From the IMG/VR virus record IMGVR_UViG_3300046167_000553, positions 693-64,692 of that record: 64,000 nt of DNA. One strand, written 5' to 3'. Source of the stretch: a virus. Lineage: Duplodnaviria > Caudoviricetes. Shown piece by piece: positions 9,922 through 17,528 of the stretch. The notes beneath the pieces are model-generated. The model did not search any database. It saw only the letters and a program-made list of their open reading frames with translations, and was not told the DNA's origin. Position numbers and translations under genes: made by a program. Position 1 is the first letter of the stretch. Each line of letters begins with the position of its first letter.

Positions 9922-9947
9922 ATTGACAATCAATAGAGACTATTACT

Positions 9948-10574
9948 ATGGATAAGAAAGCAGAAAAGATCATTGTTACTGCGGCAGCTAAGCGTACTAT
10001 CAATGAAGTAGCAAACGCGTTCACCTCTGGTGAAATCAATATAACCAACGCGCTGAGAGACGCGCAGACCGGTGCAGAACGCGCTGCTAAGAAGCTACTG
10101 AAAGCCGGTGTGACGGCCAACATGATGGGCCTCAACAAGCAAGACCAACGCGCTCTCGAAATTGAGTTTGGCGGTAGCAAGTTAACGGTACTGCATGTTA
10201 GAAGCTTGATAGATCAGGCGATGGCCGAGGGCCTCTGCAAGTCTGGAGGTATATTCGGGGCGCACCATTTGAAGGCTTTTAACAAGCCCGCGAAAGAACG
10301 CACCGTCAACGAGGCTAAGGATGCCAAACTGGTACAGCAGCGCCTAGGCGTACTGAGAGCGCGGCTCAAGGCGACTATGGGAGCTAAGCCAACAAAATCG
10401 GCTGAGCCAAAGCAACCGGTGTCACCTTCTGAGAAACTACTGAAGCAAGTGACCGCGTTGATCAACGGTATGCAGAAACTTGAAACACCGGAGTTTGATG
10501 TGACCGAAGCGTGCAAGGCGGCATTTACACTCGCCTTCACAATTGATCCAACGTTCAAGATGGAAAGCAAGTAA
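9948..10574 (+). CDS. First early gene, basic helical hypothetical protein
   Basis: 208 aa, K/A-rich; GAGA RBS; followed by a terminator. Confidence 0.8.
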   Translation: MDKKAEKIIVTAAAKRTINEVANAFTSGEINITNALRDAQTGAERAAKKLLKAGVTANMMGLNKQDQRALEIEFGGSKLTVLHVRSLIDQAMAEGLCKSGGIFGAHHLKAFNKPAKERTVNEAKDAKLVQQRLGVLRARLKATMGAKPTKSAEPKQPVSPSEKLLKQVTALINGMQKLETPEFDVTEACKAAFTLAFTIDPTFKMESK

Positions 10575-10582
10575 CACCAACC

Positions 10583-10613
10583 AGCCACCTCCAAACGGGG
10601 GTGGCTTTTTTTT
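10583..10613 (+). terminator. Rho-independent terminator
   Basis: GCCACCTCC-AAAC-GGGGGTGGC followed by T8. Confidence 0.9.
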
Positions 10614-10703
10614 CGCCTCAATTTTGATGCCAGTAGGTTAGTGTAGCATGTAGTTTTTGCTGGCCGCGTTCGTCGCGTGTATACCGCACTGTTAGATACT
10701 TAT

Positions 10704-10724
10704 AGTTATACGTAATGTATAACT
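10704..10724. repeat. Palindrome copy 2, AGTTATAC-GTAAT-GTATAACT
   Basis: Exact arms. Confidence 0.9.
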
Positions 10725-10770
10725 TAATAACAGCATGAAACCAGTAGATCGTGTAGCATCGTGTAGCTGT

Positions 10771-11300
10771 AGGTTGTAGGTTGTTATCGGAGGTTGTAGG
10801 TTGTTATCGGTTTCGTTAGGTTGTTATCGGTATTGTTACCTTTTTTGGACTTCCCGATAACAAAATACCATTTATAGGAACAGCTCACTACATCCAATCA
10901 ACTGACTCTGATTACACTTATAAATGATTGCAGATAGTGAGTAGTAGTAGTAGTAATTTATTTATTTATTGTATTGTTATCGTTTTTTATTATTAAGCAA
11001 TTATTGGGGGATGCGCTAGACCCCGCTGGAATGCATTGCCATCCTCCGCACACCTCAGTTCCCACCCTATAGCCACGATAACGCGATAACAATATAACAA
11101 ATCAATGATTTCAACAACTTACACAAAAAAGCGATAACAATACAATAACAAAACGATAACAAAGCAAAAGTTATACAAAATGTATAACTAAATAACAATA
11201 CAATCGCCAACGATAACAATACAATCACGCTCAATAACAATACCCCGTCCACCAAATAACAAAAAGGTAACAATACAATCGCCAACGATAACAATACAAT
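10771..11300. repeat. Bipolar iteron-like array (TTGTTATCG / CGATAACAA), candidate replication origin
   Basis: TTGTTATCG at 10781, 10801, 10821, 10974; CGATAACAA at 10855, 11084, 11132, 11154, 11211, 11286 plus ATAACAA variants; AT-rich stretch about 10955-11005. Confidence 0.7.
11169..11189. repeat. Palindrome copy 3, AGTTATAC-AAAAT-GTATAACT
   Basis: Exact arms, inside the iteron array. Confidence 0.9.
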
Positions 11301-11351
11301 ACTGAGCCAATAACTAAAGAATTGGGCCTTGTTTAACTTGGTTGGTTTTAC

Positions 11352-11380
11352 TTGACTCTAACGTGTTCTCAGCGTATAAT
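11352..11380 (+). promoter_or_regulatory. Strong sigma70-type early promoter
   Basis: TTGACT-17 bp-TATAAT. Confidence 0.85.
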
Positions 11381-11386
11381 GGTTGT

Positions 11387-11790
11387 TCAATGGTAGTAAT
11401 TTGTGTTTGGACGCGTTGCTACCTATGCCGCATGACCCGCTTTTGGTTGTGCTGTGTTGTTGTTGTTATAGAGCCAGTGGTAGGGAGTGCGAAAGTTATA
11501 CATTTTGTATAACTTTTGGTCTGAAAGCCGTAGCAGCCATGCAGTTTGTGGTGATGCGCGATCCTATCCAACGCCGGTCAACGCAATACAGTTCCTCCCA
11601 TCTGCGACGATGCACTAACAATCCAAACTAGCCAGCGAAGACCGCGACGGGTACTGGCGAATCACGCAGCGAAAGCACATACCGAGTATGTGTGAGTTGC
11701 GCGTGGAGTGGCTATTCGATGAACCCTCGTTACCAATCCGAGTCAGTATCCAATGAGCCTCGCGCCAAGCGGTAACGCTGGCGAAAAAAA
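11387..11790 (+). ncRNA. Long structured leader / candidate ncRNA
   Basis: No credible ORF with an RBS; serial hairpins with G-U pairs (11392-11423, 11430-11452, 11676-11692, 11763-11783) and TAGCCA/TGGCTA closing 11629-11714. Confidence 0.45.
11494..11514. repeat. Palindrome copy 4, AGTTATAC-ATTTT-GTATAACT
   Basis: Exact arms. Confidence 0.9.
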
Positions 11791-11841
11791 CCTGTCCACG
11801 GTTTCTCAATACCGTGTTGATAAAGCCACAGCAGAAACAGG
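11791..11841 (+). ncRNA. Candidate type III hammerhead ribozyme (U3-A8 core variant)
   Basis: CCUGUC^ / stem I CACGGU-loop-ACCGUG / UUGAUAA / A-GC-CACA-GC-A / GAAA / CAGG closing stem III. Confidence 0.55.
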
Positions 11842-11848
11842 AGCAAAC

Positions 11849-12088
11849 ATGGATAAACAAAATCTGGAAGTACGTCGTACTCTAAACTCGTTAGAGCTAT
11901 GGCGCAAACGTGCCGTTGGCGAAAGCATCCGGTGCAGCAGTGTGATGCACGCGTTGTTTGATGTAAGGAAAGAGTTAGAAGAAGCAAAGAAAGCACTAAC
12001 AATGGGCGACGAGTCTTGGGCAGACGCGGCAGTTGATCGCGCACAGTCCCTTGTATCCGAAGCACTCACTAGGAGTAACCATGAATAA
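11849..12088 (+). CDS. Early hypothetical protein
   Basis: AGGAG RBS, ATG 11849, 79 aa helical. Confidence 0.7.
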   Translation: MDKQNLEVRRTLNSLELWRKRAVGESIRCSSVMHALFDVRKELEEAKKALTMGDESWADAAVDRAQSLVSEALTRSNHE

Positions 12089-12299
12089 GCTACGTAAACG
12101 TTCGTATCAGCACGCTTGCTTTGGGCGCAGTACCGCAGCAATACCGAGCGCACCCATCGCACCGTTCAACCCCGAGGCCGAAGGTAGGGTAACCCATCAG
12201 ACCTACACCGGTTCCTTGGTTAAAGGTATTGCCACCATGCACAAATCAAACCTGATCCCTGTTACTGAGGGTATCGGCACCAATCCTAAAATTACGTAA
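12081..12299 (+). CDS. Conserved small phage protein (YTGSLVKGIATMHKSN motif)
   Basis: AGGAG RBS; motif recalled from aquatic phage proteins. Confidence 0.75.
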   Translation: MNKLRKRSYQHACFGRSTAAIPSAPIAPFNPEAEGRVTHQTYTGSLVKGIATMHKSNLIPVTEGIGTNPKIT

Positions 12300-12306
12300 A
12301 GCCAAT

Positions 12307-12327
12307 AGTTATACATTTTGTATAACT
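12307..12327. repeat. Palindrome copy 5, AGTTATAC-ATTTT-GTATAACT
   Basis: Between stop 12299 and the next RBS. Confidence 0.9.
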
Positions 12328-12328
12328 T

Positions 12329-12416
12329 TTAAGGAGACACATGGGAACAAGAAGAAGCAACAACATTCAGTATCCAATGAGCTTAAGGAGACACATGGGA
12401 ACAAGAAGAAGCAACA
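12329..12416 (+). repeat. 34-bp direct duplication of an RBS plus N-terminus (54-bp period)
   Basis: TTAAGGAGACACATGGGAACAAGAAGAAGCAACA at 12329-12362 and 12383-12416. Confidence 0.95.
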
Positions 12417-12748
12417 TGGCGCGTGCGAAACTTACAAGGCCGTCGCATCTAGCCACCATCAGCAAGAACTTGCCTTGCCCAAGCGAATCAGTCATCAGCC
12501 AATCGCGTGACAACATGACGGTACTCGACGCCGTGCTGTTATGGGACTTATATGATGACTGGGCGTACGAGTTGCACATAGAGAACTATGAGCGGCGATC
12601 ACGAAGGCTGAGCAACGCGTGTGATGTACTCGCGAAGTGGCTCAGCAATGAGTATGGCATAACGCCAATTGACTGTCTGATTCCTGATCGGACACCTGAA
12701 CCCATAAACAACCCATTCAAAAAAATCTTTGGAGAAAACCATGACTGA
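12341..12748 (+). CDS. Early hypothetical protein with two in-frame starts (12341 and 12395)
   Basis: AAGGAG RBS before both ATGs. Confidence 0.7.
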   Translation: MGTRRSNNIQYPMSLRRHMGTRRSNMARAKLTRPSHLATISKNLPCPSESVISQSRDNMTVLDAVLLWDLYDDWAYELHIENYERRSRRLSNACDVLAKWLSNEYGITPIDCLIPDRTPEPINNPFKKIFGENHD

Positions 12749-13643
12749 ATTAAACTTCAACACCCCTGACATTCAAACCGATGTATCCCTCGCAACCTCA
12801 GCGTGTCTTGTAAGCTGGAATGTATCGTCTTGGTCTGGACGTAAGAAGGACTCTAAAGCTGCTGACAGTTTATCAGTAGCTACCGGCGCACGATCCAAGG
12901 CCGTGTCTGTTCACAAGAAGCTGATCACACTGCCTGAGTTTGAGGCCATCGGTAAGCACGTTGGCTGGGTACGTAATAACTTCCACTACTCTAAGACGCT
13001 ACCGTGGTCTGATACAGGCTTGCGATTGCTAGCCACTGAAGAGTTATTTGAGTACAAGCCTCAAATGGAGGAGCATCAGCAGGAGTTCGATAGGCTTGTC
13101 AGTGAGTTCTTCTCAGTATATCTAGACGCGATCAACCGAGGCCGTAACGAATTAGGCACGTTGTTTGATGAGACGCAGTACCCCACGCTTGACGAGCTTG
13201 CGGGTAAGTTCTCTTGGCGTACGACGTTTATCCCTGTACCCACGAGTAATGACTTCCGCATTGATGTATCGCAGGTGCAGAAGGACACCCTAGCAAGTGA
13301 GTATGAAGATTTCTACCAAGCTGAGATGAAGCGTGCAATGGATACCGTGTGGGTAGACTTGCATACGTCACTGGTAGAGCTAAGCCAGAAACTAGACTTT
13401 GAGGCTTCCGGTAAGAAAAACAAGCTGTTCGCATCACGGCTGGATACCATACGCCAGCTAACCCGATTGCTGGGGTCATGTAACTTTACCAACGATCCCA
13501 AGATGGCAACGATGCAGCGCAAACTGGCATCAGCGTTTGACGGCTTGACGGTCGAGCAGCTTCGCCATAGTGATTCATTGCGTGTCGAAACCAAGGCTGA
13601 GCTTGACGATGCCATCCGACAACTTCCTAGCTTGGACTTCTAA
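12741..13643 (+). CDS. DUF3150-like early protein
   Basis: SWSGRKKD, TLPWSD.G.RLL and LG.LF....YP motifs; GGAGA RBS; typical partner of the AAA/vWA pair. Confidence 0.7.
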   Translation: MTELNFNTPDIQTDVSLATSACLVSWNVSSWSGRKKDSKAADSLSVATGARSKAVSVHKKLITLPEFEAIGKHVGWVRNNFHYSKTLPWSDTGLRLLATEELFEYKPQMEEHQQEFDRLVSEFFSVYLDAINRGRNELGTLFDETQYPTLDELAGKFSWRTTFIPVPTSNDFRIDVSQVQKDTLASEYEDFYQAEMKRAMDTVWVDLHTSLVELSQKLDFEASGKKNKLFASRLDTIRQLTRLLGSCNFTNDPKMATMQRKLASAFDGLTVEQLRHSDSLRVETKAELDDAIRQLPSLDF

Positions 13644-13664
13644 AGTTATACATTTTGTATAACT
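13644..13664. repeat. Palindrome copy 6, AGTTATAC-ATTTT-GTATAACT
   Basis: Directly abuts TAA 13641-13643. Confidence 0.9.
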
Positions 13665-13671
13665 TTTTAAC

Positions 13672-13878
13672 ATGAAGTATTACGTTGAAGCTTACTACGA
13701 GGATGGTGGTCAAATCCTCGGCAACTGCGACGGGCAAACGGTGCTTAGGTGCCGTAACCCCCGTCGAACAAAGCACTACCGTCATCTACGTGACGTTATT
13801 GCTAACCGCAAGTACCCCAAAGTCTCTTACTACAAGATAGTAGACGACAAGGGCCGACTGTTTGAAACCATCCTATAA
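13672..13878 (+). CDS. Small basic hypothetical protein
   Basis: 68 aa filling the intergenic gap; no Shine-Dalgarno sequence. Confidence 0.6.
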   Translation: MKYYVEAYYEDGGQILGNCDGQTVLRCRNPRRTKHYRHLRDVIANRKYPKVSYYKIVDDKGRLFETIL

Positions 13879-13893
13879 TCTTTGGAGAAAACC

Positions 13894-14982
13894 ATGAATG
13901 CATTAAAAACTTACGCAGTAAATTTTGAAGAAGCTGTCGCAGCTATCGTGAACCTTGGCGATGAGGTCACCTATGTTTTTGAGGGTGATATGGGTATTGG
14001 CAAATCTGCCATGTTGAAAATGGTCGCGGCGCAACTGCCTGACCACGTACCCTGCTACTTCGATTGTAATACTAAGGACGTAGCCGATGCCTTTGTACCT
14101 GACATTTCCTCAGCGCAAACTGAGAATGTGGTACGTATGGTGCCTAATGCTGAGTTCGGTATTCAACACGGTAAACCTGTTATCCTGATGATCGACGAGG
14201 TGGGCAAGGCTGAGGGTGCTTTACTTAAAGCATTGTTTGCAACGTTCCACGAGCGCAGCATTGGCATGACCCCGTTACCTGAAGGCTCTATCGTCTTTGC
14301 AACAACTAACCTAGGTGCCGAGAATCTTGGTGACCTGATCCCTCCGCATGGCTTAGACCGTGTAACTAAAGTACGACTCCGAAAGCCGACCCCTACCGAA
14401 TGGATGGAGTGGGGCTTCAACAATGACATTCACCCTACCGTTCTGGCGTGGGTAAAAGACAATCCTCAGTTATTCAACTCCTTCGACGATGTATCATCCC
14501 CTGAAGATAATCACTACATCTACCATCCCAACGTTGTTCGCGACGGCTTCGTTACCCCTCGTGGTTTGGAGCGTGCGTCTAAGATCATTCACAAGATGGA
14601 CTTGATTGGTGAGACTATGACTCGTAGCTCATTGATCGGCACGCTAGGCTCTCATGGTGCCGGTGATCTTATGGCGTTTGTGACATTGTTTAATCAAATC
14701 CCCTCGCATGACGCAATACTATCTAGTCCGACTACAGCCATCGTACCCACCGACGCAGCAGCAGCGTGCATGGTGGTGGCGCGTGCGCTTGTCAAGCTGG
14801 AAGCTAAGGACGTATCTAAGTGGATGAACTACCTAGTACGTTTGGACAAAGGTGCACAAGTATTGTTTGGCTTGCAAGCTAAGGCCAAAACCTACAAGCG
14901 TCAGAAGGCTGTCGTTACTAATGCTGACTTCAACAAGTGGGCCTTGGACAACAGCTACATCTTCAGTGCTGACAAGCGATAG
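13894..14982 (+). CDS. AAA+ ATPase (MoxR/dynein-related-like)
   Basis: Walker A GDMGIGKS, Walker B LMIDE, sensor ATTN, TPR. Confidence 0.88.
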   Translation: MNALKTYAVNFEEAVAAIVNLGDEVTYVFEGDMGIGKSAMLKMVAAQLPDHVPCYFDCNTKDVADAFVPDISSAQTENVVRMVPNAEFGIQHGKPVILMIDEVGKAEGALLKALFATFHERSIGMTPLPEGSIVFATTNLGAENLGDLIPPHGLDRVTKVRLRKPTPTEWMEWGFNNDIHPTVLAWVKDNPQLFNSFDDVSSPEDNHYIYHPNVVRDGFVTPRGLERASKIIHKMDLIGETMTRSSLIGTLGSHGAGDLMAFVTLFNQIPSHDAILSSPTTAIVPTDAAAACMVVARALVKLEAKDVSKWMNYLVRLDKGAQVLFGLQAKAKTYKRQKAVVTNADFNKWALDNSYIFSADKR

Positions 14983-15001
14983 TTATACAAAATGTATAAC
15001 T
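14981..15001. repeat. Palindrome copy 7, AGTTATAC-AAAAT-GTATAACT
   Basis: Overlaps the TAG stop of the ATPase gene. Confidence 0.9.
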
Positions 15002-15005
15002 TTGT

Positions 15006-15035
15006 GGGGTGACAATTTGTGTCACCCTTTTTTTT
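15006..15035 (+). terminator. Rho-independent terminator between the ATPase and vWA genes
   Basis: GGGTGACA-loop-TGTCACCC followed by T8. Confidence 0.8.
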
Positions 15036-15052
15036 ATCAATGGAGAGTTAAC

Positions 15053-16327
15053 ATGAACATGTTAAATATAGGCATGAAGTTCACACTCGAACAGCGTCTC
15101 GATAAAGCCTTGGGCGATCTAATGGACGGCCCCAATGGTGAAGCACGTTACCGTGCAATGGCTGGCATCTTTATGCTGGGCAACTGTTCGGTCAGTGACG
15201 AAGCCGATGTTACTGCATACACCAATGGTATTGATGAGGTGTATGGTCGTAAGTTCTTTGAGACGTTGAGTGACGCGCAACTGCGCTACGTACGTGTGCA
15301 CGAGAACAAACACAAGATGTATAAGCATCCGTCTTTGTTCAAGTGGCTGTTTGATATAGATGCATCAGCAGCAGGTCAAGCTACAGATCACTATATCAAC
15401 TTACAGATAAACGCTGAGAACCCTGACGGCTTTTGCACAATGCCTACCGATGACGCAGGTAACCCTGTAGGCTTTGCCGATCCCAAGTACAAGGGCAAAG
15501 ACCCAGTGGCTATATTCTGGGACATTGTTAACGAGAAGAAAGCTAGTGGTGGCAGTGGTAGCAATGACGATGATGCCGACCAGCAGCAAGGTAGTGGTAG
15601 TCAGCAATCTGACGATGACAACTTCGACGATCACGGACACTTCGATGACACCCTAAGTGCCGAACAAGAAAAGCAAGTGGAGCGTGCTGTCGAGGACGCA
15701 ATCCGTCAAGGGCTACTGGCATCAGAGAAGAGCGGTCACGGCGACGTACTGGGGCTAGCTAATCTAGTGGAACCCAAAGTCGATTGGAAAGTAGCGCTTA
15801 GGGACTTCATACAAGCTAACTGTAAAGGTCGTAGGTTAACAACATACCGCAGACCAAACCGGCGTTTCATGGGTGCGCGTATCTACCTACCAAGTTTGTA
15901 TGATCAGCGTGTCGATGACCTGATCATCGCACCGGACTGTTCTGGTTCAATGCTGTCGGCCCGTCAGTGGTCAACTATGATTACCGAGCTACACGCGGCT
16001 ATTAAAATGGTAACACCCAAACGTGTTCACATCTTGTACTGGGACTCCAAAGTACGTGCACATGAAACGTACACCGATCAAACGGCTGATGATATTCTTA
16101 AGAGTGTACGGCCCAAGGGTGGCGGTGGCACTGACCCTCAATGCATACCTGAGTACATACTTGAGAACAAGATCAAAGGTCAATGTGCGGTAGTGCTGAC
16201 CGATGGTTATTTCTTTTATGGTCAAGGTGAGTGGACTATGCCTGTGCTGTGGGGCGTTATTGACAACAAAGCCTTTCAAGCTAACAAGGGTAAAGCCTTG
16301 CACATTGAGTCGAGTAGCATACGATGA
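15053..16327 (+). CDS. Metallopeptidase-like plus vWA domain protein (DUF2201-like)
   Basis: HENKH zincin motif; MIDAS DCSGS, GGGGT, LTDGY; GGAG RBS before ATG 15053. Confidence 0.88.
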   Translation: MNMLNIGMKFTLEQRLDKALGDLMDGPNGEARYRAMAGIFMLGNCSVSDEADVTAYTNGIDEVYGRKFFETLSDAQLRYVRVHENKHKMYKHPSLFKWLFDIDASAAGQATDHYINLQINAENPDGFCTMPTDDAGNPVGFADPKYKGKDPVAIFWDIVNEKKASGGSGSNDDDADQQQGSGSQQSDDDNFDDHGHFDDTLSAEQEKQVERAVEDAIRQGLLASEKSGHGDVLGLANLVEPKVDWKVALRDFIQANCKGRRLTTYRRPNRRFMGARIYLPSLYDQRVDDLIIAPDCSGSMLSARQWSTMITELHAAIKMVTPKRVHILYWDSKVRAHETYTDQTADDILKSVRPKGGGGTDPQCIPEYILENKIKGQCAVVLTDGYFFYGQGEWTMPVLWGVIDNKAFQANKGKALHIESSSIR

Positions 16328-16551
16328 AACAACCTATTGTTAAAAAACTTCCTACCCACAAAAAAGTCAAGTACATGATTGATAACCCCGAGCTTGCGGG
16401 AGTATTATTAGATCACTGGGCAGGTAGCAGCACCAAAGCCTTTTCTGTAAAAGACGCTAAGAGGTTCAGCAAAGACGTACGTTCGTCTCCGCTTACTATG
16501 GGAGAATGGATGGACATTCAGTGGGAGGGTATGGCTGATGACAAAAGCTGA
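16324..16551 (+). CDS. Hypothetical protein
   Basis: ATGA coupling with the vWA gene. Confidence 0.6.
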   Translation: MKQPIVKKLPTHKKVKYMIDNPELAGVLLDHWAGSSTKAFSVKDAKRFSKDVRSSPLTMGEWMDIQWEGMADDKS

Positions 16552-16717
16552 AATGCAAATGTTTCACGACGTTAATGATAAGTGTCAAGAGTTAATCCGT
16601 GAAAACAATGCGCTGAAGAAAAGCCTGAAAGAAGTAACCCATGCCAACGAAGCGTGCCAGTCACTTTCTAGGCATCTAATAAAAATAGTTAGGACTAGGA
16701 GAGATAAAGATGCCTAA
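16538..16717 (+). CDS. Small coiled-coil hypothetical protein (59 aa, MTKAEMQMF...)
   Basis: Read by hand; overlaps the upstream stop; GGAGG upstream. Confidence 0.45.
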   Translation: MTKAEMQMFHDVNDKCQELIRENNALKKSLKEVTHANEACQSLSRHLIKIVRTRRDKDA

Positions 16718-16789
16718 AGATTGTGTGTACGCCCTGTCGTTTTTGTTCGCGTTGATTTCTATTTACTCAATCGTTGCTGAGCTACCGTA

Positions 16790-17086
16790 ATGAAAGTGGA
16801 GGAGCGAGAGAAGGCAGAGGCCATTATTGCGGCGGCTGATCAGGTGTTGGAAGAGAACTATTACAGGAAGTGGTGTCGAGATTTCGCCACGTTCTGTGGC
16901 ATGACGCCCGATGAAATGCATGATGAGTTGCTGTGTCAAACCTTCGGCAGCGGGATGCGTCGGCGTCCTGCAAAGCGATCATCCAAGGCGGCAAGAACTG
17001 ATTACAGTGAACTTGTTGAGACCTTGTGCCGAGTGGCTGCGGAGACCGGATACTACATCCCACCCCCGCATGAGGATAGGGAATGA
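16790..17086 (+). CDS. NinB-like protein (putative)
   Basis: YYRKWC....FCG.TPDEMH..L and SS......YSELVE.....AAE.GY.IP pattern. Confidence 0.5.
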   Translation: MKVEEREKAEAIIAAADQVLEENYYRKWCRDFATFCGMTPDEMHDELLCQTFGSGMRRRPAKRSSKAARTDYSELVETLCRVAAETGYYIPPPHEDRE

Positions 17087-17259
17087 AAGTTATACAAATG
17101 TATAACTTAGCATACGGATATGCTGTTCAGTTACTAGAAGCTGGTTACACATTGGACGAAGCTGGATCAGCAGCATGTATCATGCACAACTTAGATGAGT
17201 TTCAGTCTGAAGATTTGTGCATAAGACTTAATCGTTTCTTTGGAGAAAACACTGTATGA
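17083..17259 (+). CDS. Small hypothetical protein (58 aa, MKVIQMYNLAYG...)
   Basis: ATGA overlaps with neighbours at both ends; not in the ORF track. Confidence 0.55.
   Translation: MKVIQMYNLAYGYAVQLLEAGYTLDEAGSAACIMHNLDEFQSEDLCIRLNRFFGENTV
17088..17107. repeat. Palindrome copy 8 with a 4-bp spacer, AGTTATAC-AAAT-GTATAACT
   Basis: Exact arms, starts 2 bp after stop 17086. Confidence 0.85.
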
Positions 17260-17450
17260 AAAATAACACGGTCATTGGAAAGCTTGCACACCCTGAGACT
17301 ATGGGTAGAGCAAAACCTGTGGACGACATTATTTCAATTGACAGACTAGAAAAGTTTGTTAACAGGACGTTTCATTGGAAAGGTCTAACAACTTCTGACC
17401 AGATGAAAATGGCTAAGGAGTTACTACTAAGGAGGCTGGCAGATGATTGA
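17256..17450 (+). CDS. Hypothetical protein
   Basis: GGAGA RBS, 64 aa. Confidence 0.6.
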   Translation: MKNNTVIGKLAHPETMGRAKPVDDIISIDRLEKFVNRTFHWKGLTTSDQMKMAKELLLRRLADD

Positions 17451-17528
17451 AGGTGCACCTGAAGTAATCCTTTTTTATGGAATGATCGCTGGAATAATTC
17501 TTTGGGCGTTCTTTGAAGCGAGGGGTAA

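Noticed and set aside
11193-11300. 33-bp direct repeat with a 42-bp spacer resembling a mini CRISPR array
   Set aside because: Only two repeats, the spacer itself contains the ATAACAA unit, and there is no cas operon; it is part of the iteron-like array
11750-11786. CCAATGAG...CGAAA as a second hammerhead
   Set aside because: The core lacks the invariant U4/G5, and no stems I/III or cleavage triplet can be formed
9467-11860. Track ORFs 9467..9682, 9624..9896, 11067..11294, 11383..11631 and 11615..11860
   Set aside because: No RBS, low-complexity or repeat-derived translations; the region is better explained as non-coding
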